64,000 nucleotides of DNA. Origin: an uncultured delta proteobacterium. GTDB taxonomy: Bacteria > Desulfobacterota > Binatia > Binatales > Binataceae. The stretch covers positions 174,414 to 238,413 of the forward strand of contig CAWBJH010000002.1 in the NCBI GenBank assembly GCA_963789115.1, written 5' to 3'. The position numbers and the translations under genes were made by a program. The first letter of the stretch is position 1. Each line of letters starts with the position of its first letter. Shown one piece after another: positions 39,360 through 49,639 of the stretch. Below the pieces are notes generated by a model, which made no database searches, was not told the origin of the DNA, and was given only the letters and a program-made list of their open reading frames with translations.

Positions 39360-41015
39360 CTACGGTCGGAGACCGGGCACAAAATTGGACGGCATATGAG
39401 CCAATAGCGTCTGCCCATACACCAGTATCGAGAGGACTACAGTGATTCCAACCCAGTAGTGCAGGCTATCGAGCCTGAGCTCCCATCCGGCTTTTTCGGG
39501 AGCCCGGATCGTTGCCGTGAACGGGATGTCAGTGGGTGCGGTCTTTTCTCCTGCGAACACGGTCATCACCAGCTCGAGAAAGAAGAGCATCGCGCTGATG
39601 AACATTATCGTTCCGCCGACCCCGGTCATCGCTCCCGCGACGCGCCATCCGGGCAAGCTATAGGTTGCCAGCGCCAGGTCGGTGCGCCGCGGCATCCCCT
39701 CGAGCCCGCCCATCATCAGCCCGCGCGACATGATCAGCACGCCGCCGAACCAAATTACCGACTGCGCGACCGCAAGCTTCGGCGCCCAGAGTTTCCTGCG
39801 CTCCAGATAGGGCACCATCCAATACGCGATTCCCATGTAGGACAGCATGACCGCGCTGCCCACCGTCAGATGGAAATGGCCCGGAATGAAGGTGGTGTTG
39901 TGAAGCATAAGGTTCATGCCGAAGCTCGCCACCATCAGGCCCGTGATGCCGCCCACAAAGAACGTCAGCATCGCCAGCACCTGCGCGCATACCGAGGGAT
40001 CGCTCCATGGAATCTTGAAGAACCAGCCGATGAGTCCCTTCCCGCCGCGCCGGCGTCCGCCGATCTCGAGCGCGTACATCACCGCGAACGCCGTCATCAG
40101 GCTCGGGAAAAAAATCCCGAACGTCAGCACGGTCGAAGCGAACTTATAACCCTGCGTGATTCCCGGATCGACGTACTGGTGATGGAAGCCGACCGGGATT
40201 AGCACGATAAAAAGCACGAAGACCACCCGCGTGAGCTTGTCGGAGAACAGAGCACCGCCGACCTGCTTGGGAATCAGCGCGTACCAGGAAACATAAACCG
40301 GCAGCAGCCAGAAGTAGACGATCGGATGGCCGGTGAACCAGAACAGCGTCCTGCTCAGCATCGGGTCCGCTCCGGCGAGCAATCCCAGCGACCACGGCAG
40401 CAGCAGCACGACCACTTCAACCGCAAGCCCAACCGACGCAACATCCCACATCACGTAGGTGGCCGTCGAAATGAACGCGAGCAGCGGGATGCGCTCGCCC
40501 GCATGTTCCTTGCGCCATGCCGAGAGCGTGACAAGCTGATTCGCCGAGGTTGCCCAGGTGCTGGCAACCACCAGCGCCAACCCCAGATAGAACGTCCAGT
40601 GCGCTTCCAGCGGGGGATAAAACGTGTACAGCACGCTCGCCTGTCCCGTGAACATCGCGTACCCGGCGAGCAGCACGCCCACCAACAACAGCCACCACGC
40701 AGCCTGGAGCAGCGCAGTGCTCAGCGGCCGGCTGAGCCCTCGCGCCGTCATCAGGGAGATGAAGCCGTTGCCGAAGGCCGTGGTCAGCACCAGGGCGTTG
40801 ATTACGCCGTGTATGGTCAATCCCTGGTAATAGCTCTTGATGCCGGGGAGATAGGGCAAAATCTGTATGTGCGCGTGATCGAGCGCCTGCACGAGTCCAA
40901 AGAGCACGCCGACCGCGAGCAAGGCGAATCCGAAGTAGATATTCCAGCTAATCAGCCTGCGCTGCACGTCGGGCAGTTCAAATCCGGCGGGGTCGTAAAC
41001 AACCGGTGTGCTCAC
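39360..41015 (-). CDS. cbaA: B-family (ba3-type) heme-copper O2 reductase subunit I
   Basis: YYQGLTIHG, FWFTGHPIVYFW (cross-link Tyr), PVGFHHQ, PSLMTAF, GHFHLTVG, GMPRR. Confidence 0.93.
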   Translation of the reverse strand: MSTPVVYDPAGFELPDVQRRLISWNIYFGFALLAVGVLFGLVQALDHAHIQILPYLPGIKSYYQGLTIHGVINALVLTTAFGNGFISLMTARGLSRPLSTALLQAAWWLLLVGVLLAGYAMFTGQASVLYTFYPPLEAHWTFYLGLALVVASTWATSANQLVTLSAWRKEHAGERIPLLAFISTATYVMWDVASVGLAVEVVVLLLPWSLGLLAGADPMLSRTLFWFTGHPIVYFWLLPVYVSWYALIPKQVGGALFSDKLTRVVFVLFIVLIPVGFHHQYVDPGITQGYKFASTVLTFGIFFPSLMTAFAVMYALEIGGRRRGGKGLIGWFFKIPWSDPSVCAQVLAMLTFFVGGITGLMVASFGMNLMLHNTTFIPGHFHLTVGSAVMLSYMGIAYWMVPYLERRKLWAPKLAVAQSVIWFGGVLIMSRGLMMGGLEGMPRRTDLALATYSLPGWRVAGAMTGVGGTIMFISAMLFFLELVMTVFAGEKTAPTDIPFTATIRAPEKAGWELRLDSLHYWVGITVVLSILVYGQTLLAHMPSNFVPGLRP

Positions 41016-41494
41016 TTGACCACCACCTTGCCTGACATCGTATGGTGCAGCATGCCGCAGTACTCGTGACAGAGAATTAGATACTCACCGGGCCGGGTGA
41101 ACTTGTAAGTCGCGACCGAGATTTCGCCGGGGATTAGCATCATGTTGACGCGCGTGTTCGGGATGAAAAAGCCGTGGACCACGTCCGCCGAGGTCGCCCG
41201 AAAGGTGACCTCCGCCCCGACCGGCACGTCGATTTCATCGGGTGTGAACGCCCAGGTCCGTCCGATCACGACCGCCTCGTACCTGCCGGGCGCAATCTGC
41301 TTCAGCCCGGGGGCGTTGAATGGCGGCGTCTGGCGCAGCACCTTGAGCAACTTCTGATTCGACCTGCAGTAGACCCGCCCGCTTTCTGTCGGCAGGACGA
41401 CACCGAGCCCGAGCGTGCTGTATGCCAACGCGGCCAGAAAGACCACCAGCACGACAGCGGCGGCGACGAGGAAGCCCTTTTCGTAAGTCTCCAT
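41012..41494 (-). CDS. cbaB: ba3-type oxidase subunit II (CuA)
   Basis: Single TM, DVVHGF, CHEYCGMLHHTM. Confidence 0.92.
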   Translation of the reverse strand: METYEKGFLVAAAVVLVVFLAALAYSTLGLGVVLPTESGRVYCRSNQKLLKVLRQTPPFNAPGLKQIAPGRYEAVVIGRTWAFTPDEIDVPVGAEVTFRATSADVVHGFFIPNTRVNMMLIPGEISVATYKFTRPGEYLILCHEYCGMLHHTMSGKVVVK

Positions 41495-41497
41495 GCG

Positions 41498-41650
41498 TTA
41501 CCTGCTGATAAGCCCGAACAGCATCGCCACCCACATCACGACCAGTATGAGACCATAGGCCGACAGCACAAATATGGTTCCGGTCGGCGGCGGCACTCCA
41601 TCGCCGGGTACTTCCACTGGGGGCCCTTGTCCTTTCGATACTTTGCTCAT
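41498..41650 (-). CDS. cbaD: ba3-type oxidase subunit IIa-like peptide
   Basis: 50 aa, PTGTIFVL...MWVAMLFGLISR single TM, upstream of subunit II. Confidence 0.7.
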   Translation of the reverse strand: MSKVSKGQGPPVEVPGDGVPPPTGTIFVLSAYGLILVVMWVAMLFGLISR

Positions 41651-41952
41651 CGAAACCTCGCTTGGAACCGGCACCGATGATGAGAACCGAGTACCCTGAA
41701 TAGCACCCAGCCTCAGGACGTCAAGGCCTAAACTTAAATCCAAGCCCAAACGCGCTGCCCTCCCGGGCGAGCCTCTTTTCATTTTTCACACCGGTCGGGG
41801 CTTGCGTTCGCAGGGCAAAATAGTTTTAGTCTCTTCGGCAGACACCGCGGGCGATTGCCACCGGCGGGAATCTTGAGGACGAGCGGGTATCGCGCTGCCC
41901 GCCGGGGCGCGGGGACGATCCGGCATCGATGTCGGAGATGAAGGAGGTAAAG

Positions 41953-43494
41953 ATGCGTAGCCGGCGATTGCGAAATGCCGCCCTGATCGTTCTCGGCGTT
42001 CTCGGATTGATCGCTTGCGCGTTGCCACTGACCGCGCGCGCCGGAGACGACCCGCCCAACGACCCACCCAAGAGCAGCAAGGAGATCCGCGAAATCAGGC
42101 GCTCGATCGAGAAGCTCGAGGCGGACCGCGAGGCGGATCGGGTCCTGATCGATCAGCTCCGCCACCGGCTCGACCAGGTCGAAAGCGAGAACCATCAGCT
42201 CAAGGCGGCCAGCGAGCAGCTCCAGGGCCAGACCAGCGACCAGATCAAGCAGATCGAGACCAAGGTGGAGACCGGGCCCTCGCCGAGCGCGTTCTCGGAC
42301 GCGTTTGGCCGCTATCTCGGTTCTCGCACCTTCAGCGTGACCGGTGCGGCGGGTTTCGACTTCGTCTTCGACCAGCAGAGCGCGGCGCTCGACGGCTTCC
42401 CTCATGAGACCCAGAACTCCTTCTTTGCCGACTGGGAGCCGATGATTCTGTACCGCCCGGCTGACTGGATTCTATTCGAGGGCGTGTTGAGCGCCTCGGC
42501 CGGCTCAGGCGGGACTGGGACCGACTTATCAACCGCCGACTTCCAGCTTTTTCTCAACGACTACATGACGGTAGTGGGCGGTCTCTTCGACCAGCCCTTC
42601 GGCGATTGGTACGAGAACCAGAGCCCGATGTGGGTGAACCGCTTCGTGAGCGCTCCGCTGCCGTTCGCGGTCGAGCCGGTGGTTCCGCCGGGCGAAATCG
42701 GGGTCCAGTTGCGGGGCGGGCTCCAGTGGGGACAGCTCGGCCAGGATTTCGATTACACCACGTGGATCGGGAACGGTCCGAGCTTCAGCGACCCGTCACT
42801 GGGCGCCGCGATGAGCGGGCCCAACTTCAGCTCGGCCTCCCAAACCCATGGCAGGTCTTACGGGGGACGCTTGCGCCTCTACCCGATTCCGGTGGACTCC
42901 AATCTCGGGCGGCTCGAGCTGGGCGCCTCGACCTACGATGGCAAGTGGCTCGATGGTGACTGGCTCACGTCGTGGGGCGTTGACTACAACTACCTGATGG
43001 GAAACTTCGAGACGCGCGGCGAGTGGCTGGAGTCTTATCGCGAGCTGCCGGGCGGCACGATGGACAATCGTCAGGGCTGGTACGTGCAGTTGGGCTACAC
43101 GCTGGCCGAGTTGAACCTGCCGTTCCTGTCCGACGACCTCAACGCGCGGATCCATCGTCTGGAGCCGTTGATCCGCTACTCGGGAGTGAACCAGCGCCAG
43201 GTTGACATCGGTGACATCGGCCCCCTTAATACATTTACGGCCGGGCTCGTCCCGGACTTCGGGCTGAGCGGTTCGCCGGCGCTGTTCGCGCCGCACTCGC
43301 GCGAGGTGGCGATCGGATTGGACTACTACATTGCACCCTCCATCGTGTGGCAGAACGAGCTGGACATCGAATTGCCCCGTGCGGGCGGCAGCTTCTTCAC
43401 TCCCGCCACAGGCTCGACCCCTGCCACCACGACCCTTGCCGGCTCCATTCCCAGCGACAAGGCGTTCCTGAGCCAGTTCACGGTGGGGTTCTGA
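41953..43494 (+). CDS. Outer-membrane beta-barrel (porin-like) with N-terminal coiled coil
   Basis: AAGGAGGT RBS, signal peptide ending ARA, coiled coil, amphipathic strands, C-terminal QFTVGF. Confidence 0.8.
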   Translation: MRSRRLRNAALIVLGVLGLIACALPLTARAGDDPPNDPPKSSKEIREIRRSIEKLEADREADRVLIDQLRHRLDQVESENHQLKAASEQLQGQTSDQIKQIETKVETGPSPSAFSDAFGRYLGSRTFSVTGAAGFDFVFDQQSAALDGFPHETQNSFFADWEPMILYRPADWILFEGVLSASAGSGGTGTDLSTADFQLFLNDYMTVVGGLFDQPFGDWYENQSPMWVNRFVSAPLPFAVEPVVPPGEIGVQLRGGLQWGQLGQDFDYTTWIGNGPSFSDPSLGAAMSGPNFSSASQTHGRSYGGRLRLYPIPVDSNLGRLELGASTYDGKWLDGDWLTSWGVDYNYLMGNFETRGEWLESYRELPGGTMDNRQGWYVQLGYTLAELNLPFLSDDLNARIHRLEPLIRYSGVNQRQVDIGDIGPLNTFTAGLVPDFGLSGSPALFAPHSREVAIGLDYYIAPSIVWQNELDIELPRAGGSFFTPATGSTPATTTLAGSIPSDKAFLSQFTVGF

Positions 43495-43799
43495 TGAGGC
43501 GCAACATGAAGACGTTACTAGCAGCATTGCTGTTGGCGGGCGTGACGGTGGGCGCGGTCTGCGCGCCGGTGCTGGCGCAGGAACAGCAGGAGCAGATGAG
43601 TGCGGCCCAGAAGAAGGAGTTGTTCCGGGAAGGCGCCAAGCTGTGGCCGCTCTACTGCAACACCTGCCACAAGGCACGGCCGGGCGCCGAAAAGGCCTCC
43701 TATGAATGGGACCAGGTCATCATGCACATGCGGACGCTCGGAAATCTGCCTGCGCAGGACTCGCGGGCGCTGGTCGAATACCTTAAGGCAGGCAAGTAG
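43494..43799 (+). CDS. Small periplasmic monoheme cytochrome c
   Basis: Signal peptide, CNTCH, WDQVIMHMR; TGATG coupling to the porin. Confidence 0.85.
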   Translation: MRRNMKTLLAALLLAGVTVGAVCAPVLAQEQQEQMSAAQKKELFREGAKLWPLYCNTCHKARPGAEKASYEWDQVIMHMRTLGNLPAQDSRALVEYLKAGK

Positions 43800-43854
43800 G
43801 CGCGCCAACCCTTTTTCCGCAACCTGATAAAGAACCACGGCAAAGGATGGTCCG

Positions 43855-44220
43855 GTGAGCAAAATCGGGTATCTGGTCGGTGCGATAGCCATCACAACGT
43901 CTCTGTCGGCGGTCGCGGCCCCCGCGTGGGCCGCGGACCTGGCCGCGGCGAAGCAGAATTACACGACCTTCTGCATCAAGTGCCACGGTCCCTTGGGCAA
44001 GGGCGACGGCCCGTCGGCGGCGGCTCTCAAGACCAAGCCGCGCGACTTTACCGATTGCAAACGCATGGCGAGTCTGCCGGACGCCACCCTGTTCAAGGTG
44101 ATCAAGGACGGCGGAGCCGCCAACAATCTCAGCGGCGACATGCCGTCCTGGAGCCAGGGCTTCGAGGACAACGAGATTCACGACTTGGTCGCGTTCGTCC
44201 GCGGCTTTTGCAAGAAGTAG
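43855..44220 (+). CDS. Periplasmic monoheme cytochrome c (His/Met)
   Basis: Signal peptide ending AWA, CIKCHG..GKGDGP, DMPSW. Confidence 0.88.
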   Translation: MSKIGYLVGAIAITTSLSAVAAPAWAADLAAAKQNYTTFCIKCHGPLGKGDGPSAAALKTKPRDFTDCKRMASLPDATLFKVIKDGGAANNLSGDMPSWSQGFEDNEIHDLVAFVRGFCKK

Positions 44221-44290
44221 GGCGGCTGGTGCCGCTCCAACCGGTTGCCCCGACTATCAGCGTGGACTCGGGGCAAGCGACACGCCGGCA

Positions 44291-44319
44291 TTGACGGCGC
44301 TGACTTTGCCCAAGATAGT
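44291..44319 (+). promoter_or_regulatory. Putative sigma70 promoter
   Basis: TTGACG-17 nt-GATAGT. Confidence 0.4.
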
Positions 44320-44424
44320 TGCAACGGCACTGGGCGGCCGGCGTGCTCTTGCTCGGGGCGGGTCTTATCGTCGCACTGCCGGCGAGAAGGGTTGTCGGAT
44401 TGGCGCCGATCTCGGGTTGAGATA

Positions 44425-46344
44425 GTGGAACAGGGCTACAAGGTGGAGGCCAAGCCGCGCGACCTCTGGTGGTTTCGCCAGAACGTGCCGTGCTTGGTTG
44501 CTTGCCCGGTCAAGACCGACGCGGGCCGTTACGTCCAGTTGATTGCCGAGGGACGCTTCGCCGAGGCTTACCGGGTGGCGCGCTCACCCAACCCGATCGC
44601 CTCGATCTGCGGGCGCACCTGCGGTGCTCCATGCGAGGACGCCTGCCGGCGCGGCAAGATCGACGCGCCGGTCACGATTCGCGCGCTCAAGCGCTTCGTC
44701 TGCGAGCTTTATGGTCCCGAGGCGCTCTCGGCGACCAGCCTCAGGGAAATTCTCCTGGGCCCGATGGGCGGCGCCAGCATCACTCCCGGCCACGCCGAAA
44801 GGATGCTGCGTGGCACGACGACCGCTGAGCGGCGCGTTGCCGTGGTCGGGGCCGGGCCGGCCGGGCTGTCGTGCGCGCACGACCTCGCGATGATGGGTTA
44901 CTCGGTCACGGTGTTCGAGGCGATGCCGCATCCGGGCGGCATGATGCGCTACGGCATCCCGCCCTATCGCCTGCCGCGAGAGGTCATCGACTACCAGGTC
45001 GCCGAGATCGAATCGCTCGGCGTCGAATTCGTCTACGGCACCCCGCTTGGACCGGAGTTCGGGCTTCGCGACTTGAAGCGCCGCGGCTTTGACGCGATCT
45101 TCCTTGCGATCGGCGCGGGCAGAGGCCGCGCCCTGCGAGTGGAGGGCTCGGAGAGCGAGGGCGTGCTCAAGGCGATCGATTATCTGATCGGAATCAACCG
45201 CGGACGGCGGATGGTTATGGGCAAACGCGCCGTCATCGTCGGCGGCGGCCTGGTCGCGATCGATGCCGCGCGGACCGCGGTGCGCGCGATGATCCCGGGG
45301 ATCTCGATGGCGCCCGAGGAGGAGCAGGCGCTGGCCGCCGGCACGATGCGGATCGCGATCGACGCGGCCCGCGAGGCGTTCCGGCTCGGCGCGCGGGAGG
45401 TGACGCTGGTGAGCCTCGAGTCCGACGCCGAGATGCCGGCGATGCAATCGGTGCAGGGGCGCGAGGAGATGGAGATCGCCCGCGAGGAAGGCATCCGCTT
45501 CATGCCCTCGTGGGGACCCAAGCGGATCGTTTCGCAAAACGGAACGGCCGTCGGGATCGAGCTGATGCGATGCACTCGCGTGTTCGACGAGTCGCGGCGT
45601 TTCAGTCCCCAATTCAACCAAAGCGAGACCCGGACCCTGGACGCCGATACGATAATCCTCGCGATCGGCCAGGCGGCGGACCTCTCGTTCATCTCCCCCG
45701 AAGACCACCTCGACACCACCCCCGCCGGAACCATCAAGGTCAACCCGGTTACGCTGGCGACCAGCGCGCCCGGCGTGTTCGCCGGCGGCGACGGCGCCTT
45801 CCCGCCCTCGCTGCTGATCACGGTCGCGGAGCAGGGCAAAGTCGCGGCGCGCTCGATCGACGCCTACCTGGGAGGTAAGCCGCTCGAAAAAACCCTGATG
45901 CAGGTGACGGTCGAGGAGCTGCCGACCGACCGCTATCGGATGGCGCCCGGCTACGAGCTGACCGGGCGCGATATCCCGCTGACCCCGATCGAGCGCCGCA
46001 GCGGCATCACCGAAGTCGAGTCCGGCTATTCCAGCATCCAGGCCCGCGAGCAGGCCGAGCGATGCCTGTACTGCCATATCCATCCGATCTACGACGGAAC
46101 CAAATGCGTGCTCTGCAACCGTTGCGTCGATGTCTGTCCCGAGCACTGCCTGCTCTTCGTCCCGACCGAGCGCCTGGACGACCCTGCGTGGCTCAGCGAA
46201 GTGATGCCCGGCGAAGGCCCGCTGACTGCGTTCCTCTATGACGAAGCGAAGTGCATCAGGTGCGGCCTCTGCGCGATCCGATGCCCGACCGCGGCGATCA
46301 CGATGGAGCAGTTCCAGTTCGAGGAGACCCATTCCAATGCGTAG
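44425..46344 (+). CDS. GltD/SudA/NfnB-family FAD-NAD(P) oxidoreductase with C-terminal 2x[4Fe-4S] domain
   Basis: PCLVACP, CGRTCGAPCEDAC, GAGPAG, GGGLVAID, RCLYC, CVLCNRCVDVCP, CIRCGLCAIRCP. Confidence 0.9.
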   Translation: MEQGYKVEAKPRDLWWFRQNVPCLVACPVKTDAGRYVQLIAEGRFAEAYRVARSPNPIASICGRTCGAPCEDACRRGKIDAPVTIRALKRFVCELYGPEALSATSLREILLGPMGGASITPGHAERMLRGTTTAERRVAVVGAGPAGLSCAHDLAMMGYSVTVFEAMPHPGGMMRYGIPPYRLPREVIDYQVAEIESLGVEFVYGTPLGPEFGLRDLKRRGFDAIFLAIGAGRGRALRVEGSESEGVLKAIDYLIGINRGRRMVMGKRAVIVGGGLVAIDAARTAVRAMIPGISMAPEEEQALAAGTMRIAIDAAREAFRLGAREVTLVSLESDAEMPAMQSVQGREEMEIAREEGIRFMPSWGPKRIVSQNGTAVGIELMRCTRVFDESRRFSPQFNQSETRTLDADTIILAIGQAADLSFISPEDHLDTTPAGTIKVNPVTLATSAPGVFAGGDGAFPPSLLITVAEQGKVAARSIDAYLGGKPLEKTLMQVTVEELPTDRYRMAPGYELTGRDIPLTPIERRSGITEVESGYSSIQAREQAERCLYCHIHPIYDGTKCVLCNRCVDVCPEHCLLFVPTERLDDPAWLSEVMPGEGPLTAFLYDEAKCIRCGLCAIRCPTAAITMEQFQFEETHSNA

Positions 46345-47804
46345 CCTGGCAGGGTGCGGAAAAAAGGCTGGTGAGCCCGGAGCGCGCCGCTATGGTCAAA
46401 GCACCCTGCTAGTCCGCGCATGCGCCGCGATCCTGTTGATGTCGCTCTTCGCGGCCTCGGCCGCCTTCGCCTACGAAACCATCGAGGTCACCAACGGCGC
46501 AACGATCACCGGCGTCGTGAAGGTCACCGGCAAGACGACTGCGCCGGCGCCGTTCACGGTCTACAAGAACCGCGAGGTGTGCGGCGCCCGCGTCGAAAAC
46601 GAAAGCCTGGTGGTGGGACCCGGCAACGGCCTGCGCTACGCCGTGGTCACCATTGTCGATATCACCAGGGGCAAGGCCGTCGAGACGGAGGCGGTCAACA
46701 CCCTCGACAACGTGCGATGTCGATTTGTTCCGCACGTTCAGGCGGTCAGCGTCGGCCAGTTTATCGAGCTCAACAATACCGACCCGATCCTGCACAATGC
46801 CGACGCCGTCCTCGACAAGAGACAGACCCTGTTCAACGTCGCGCTCTGGCCGGGGCGCGAGCTGCGCCGGCCGATCGCCTACCCGGGCGTGATTCGCATC
46901 AACTGCGACGTTCCATCCCTGGATGAATGCCTACGCGGTCGCAACCGTACACCCCTACCACGCAGTCACCGACCTTGATGGCGCGTACGAGATCGACGAC
47001 GTGCCGCCGGGAACCTACCAGATCCGCGTATGGCACGAGACCCTCGGCACGCAGCAGAAGCAGGTGCGGGTCGGGCCGGGTGGAAAAACAGAAGTCGATT
47101 TCACGCTGAGCGCCGAGACCAAAGCCACCGCGCAAGCCTCAGCCCGGCCGCCCCGGCCGCAGCCCGCGCCGCCGCAGCCGCCTGCGACGGTGAGCCAGAG
47201 TCAACCTGCCACCGGTCAAGCTCAAGTCCCCCCTGCGCTCTCGGCCAAAGGGAGGGGCGAAATCACCGGTACCGTGACGATCCGGGGCAAGGTCGAGCCC
47301 GCAGTCAAGGATGCGGTGCTGTGGGTCGCGGGAGTCCCGCGCCAACTGATCCCGAAGGAAAGGCTGAAACCCGGCGTCGCCGCGATGGAGCAGAAAGATA
47401 TCGCGTTCGTGCCCCATGTATTGCCGGTGCTGGTCGGCACGACCGTCAATTTCCCCAACGACGACCCGGTCTTCCACAACGTCTATTCCGCCTCACCGGT
47501 GCATAAATTCGACCTGGGACTCTATCCCCAGGGCAGATCGCGCAGTACCCAATTCGACCAGCCCGGCATCGCGCACATCGGGTGCAACGTGCATGCACAG
47601 ATGAGCGGCTACGTGGTGGTCCTGGCCGAGCCCTTCTTTGCCGTGCCCAACGAACGCGGCGTCTATCAGCTTGGCGGGCTTCCGCTCGGCACCTACACCA
47701 TCAAGCTCTGGGACCCCGACTTCGCGCCGGTGAGCCAGCCCTTTACGCTCACGCGCGATGGTGAGGTCCTGAACCTCGACTTCGACCTGGGCGAGGAGAA
47801 GTGA
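46337..47804 (+). CDS. Secreted protein with two cupredoxin-motif/carboxypeptidase-regulatory-like units; 1-nt frameshift near 46912
   Basis: ILHNA...NCDV/HPWMNAY across the shift, and FHNV...GCNVHAQMSGY; Pro/Gln linker between units. Confidence 0.72.
46350..46408. mobile_element. MITE inserted in frame in the signal-peptide region
   Basis: CTGG|CAGGGTGCGGAAAAAA...AAAGCACCCTG|CTAG; 59+4=63 nt. Confidence 0.7.
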
Positions 47805-47875
47805 CAAGCGAGCATCGCGAGCTTGCCATTCCTTCGGCAACCTCAGGACGGGCCGCTTGAGCAGGGCAGGAGAAG

Positions 47876-48334
47876 ATGAACACGACGCGGCGATGGGTCC
47901 TGAGTCTGATGGGCAGGGGCGCGGTGGGGCTGGCCTTCTTGACACAGATCGGAGCGGCGGCGCGCGCTCTTTTGCCCAACGTGCTCTACGAGCCGCTCAA
48001 GCGCTTCAAGCTCAAGCGGCCCGACCAGTACGCGGAGGGCTTCACCTTCGATCCCGACCGCCGGCTGTTCGTGGTCCGCAACCAGGACAACTTTCACGTC
48101 ATCTCGGCGGTCTGCACGCATCTCGGATGCACGGTGCAGTGGCGCGCAACCGAGTTCGATTGTCCGTGCCACGGCAGCCGCTTCCGCCCCGACGGCAGCG
48201 TGATCGGTGGGCCCGCTCCGCGTCCGCTGGCGTGGTACGACGTCTCGCTCTCGCCCGACGGTTTCATCGAGGTTGACACCGAGACCCCGGTGGTGCGCGG
48301 CTTCAACTTCACCCTTCCCAAGGCCAAGGCATGA
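47876..48334 (+). CDS. Rieske Fe-S subunit
   Basis: TRR Tat-like leader, CTHLGC and [15 protein letters not shown]. Confidence 0.93.
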   Translation: MNTTRRWVLSLMGRGAVGLAFLTQIGAAARALLPNVLYEPLKRFKLKRPDQYAEGFTFDPDRRLFVVRNQDNFHVISAVCTHLGCTVQWRATEFDCPCHGSRFRPDGSVIGGPAPRPLAWYDVSLSPDGFIEVDTETPVVRGFNFTLPKAKA

Positions 48335-49638
48335 CCATGCGCGAACGACTGTCGGCGCTCTGGCGCAAGCTTGCCTGGAGCTGGGACCCGCGCGGCGAGC
48401 GCGAAGCCGGCGAGGCGATCGTCCGTAACCTCTGGCTGCACTGGTTGCCGGCCAAGGTCGCGCGGGTCAGCGCGAGCTGGAGTTACTCGGCGTGGCTGGG
48501 AGCGATCGCGGCGATCCTGTTCGTGATCCTCAACGTAACCGGCCTGCTCCTGATGTTCTTCTACGTGCCGTCGACCGAGAAAGCCTACGGCAGCATGAAG
48601 GATCTCGACTACGCGGTGACGCTCGGCTGGCTCTTGCGCAATCAGCATCGATGGGCCGCGCACGGGATGGTCGCGGTGGTGTTCCTCCACATGGCGCGGG
48701 TATTTTTCACCGGCGCTTACCGGGGACCGCGGGCGTTGAACTGGCTGGTCGGGCTGGCGCTTCTGCTCGCGACGCTGCTCTGCTCATTCACCGGCTACCT
48801 GCTCCCCTGGGACCAGCTCGCCTTGTGGGCCGTAACCGTCGGCACGAATATCGCGCGGGAGGCGCCGCTAGCCGGCGAGTTCATCCGCTACGTGCTGCTC
48901 GGCGGCACCCAGATCGGGCAGAACGCGTTGCTGCGCTTCTACGTGCTGCACGTGTTCTTCATCCCGTTGGCGATCTGGGTGTTGTTCGCCTACCACATGT
49001 GGCGGGTGCGCAAGGACGGCGGCCTGGCGGCGATCGAGCCGCTGCGGCTTAACCGCCAAATGCAGCCCAAGGAAATGCCGGCCACCAAAAGCTACTCGCT
49101 GTGGGGACTCGCGCGCGGGACCTCGGCGGCGGTGCGCAGCTCGACCGAGCTGGAGGAGAGCGACGAGGTCTTCGCCTCGCCGAACGTGACGCGGCGGCTG
49201 GTGCTGGTCTTCCTGGTGGTACTCAACGTCACGATTCTGATCAGCGTGTTCTTCAATGCGCCGCTCGAGGAAGCGGCCAATCCCGCGCTGACGCCGAATC
49301 CGGCCAAGGCGCCTTGGTATTTCCTGTGGCTCCAGGAGCTGGTGGCGTCAACCACGATTCCGATCGGCTCGATCCGGATCAGCGGCGGTCTTATCGGCGG
49401 GATTATCGTTCCGGGGGTCCTGCTCGCCGCCGCGGCTCTGTGGCCGTGGCTGGACCGCTCGTCACCCGCCAGTGAGGGGGTCTGGTTCGCGCGCGAGCGG
49501 CGCTGGCAGAATGCGACCTTCGCGGCGGTGTTGGTGCTGATCGTCGCGCTGATCATGATTGGAATTTTTGTTCGCGGACCCTACTGGCGCCTCTACTGGC
49601 CCGGCATGCCCTGGCCCCCGACGCCGCGGACGCTCTGA
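48331..49638 (+). CDS. Cytochrome b (b6 + subunit IV fused type)
   Basis: [50 protein letters not shown]. Confidence 0.93.
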   Translation: MTMRERLSALWRKLAWSWDPRGEREAGEAIVRNLWLHWLPAKVARVSASWSYSAWLGAIAAILFVILNVTGLLLMFFYVPSTEKAYGSMKDLDYAVTLGWLLRNQHRWAAHGMVAVVFLHMARVFFTGAYRGPRALNWLVGLALLLATLLCSFTGYLLPWDQLALWAVTVGTNIAREAPLAGEFIRYVLLGGTQIGQNALLRFYVLHVFFIPLAIWVLFAYHMWRVRKDGGLAAIEPLRLNRQMQPKEMPATKSYSLWGLARGTSAAVRSSTELEESDEVFASPNVTRRLVLVFLVVLNVTILISVFFNAPLEEAANPALTPNPAKAPWYFLWLQELVASTTIPIGSIRISGGLIGGIIVPGVLLAAAALWPWLDRSSPASEGVWFARERRWQNATFAAVLVLIVALIMIGIFVRGPYWRLYWPGMPWPPTPRTL

Positions 49639-49639
49639 A

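Noticed and set aside
39360-41015. Nitric oxide reductase derived from the B family
   Set aside because: The active-site HPIVY tyrosine and the ba3-like proton-channel segment (PSLMT) are retained, consistent with an O2 reductase
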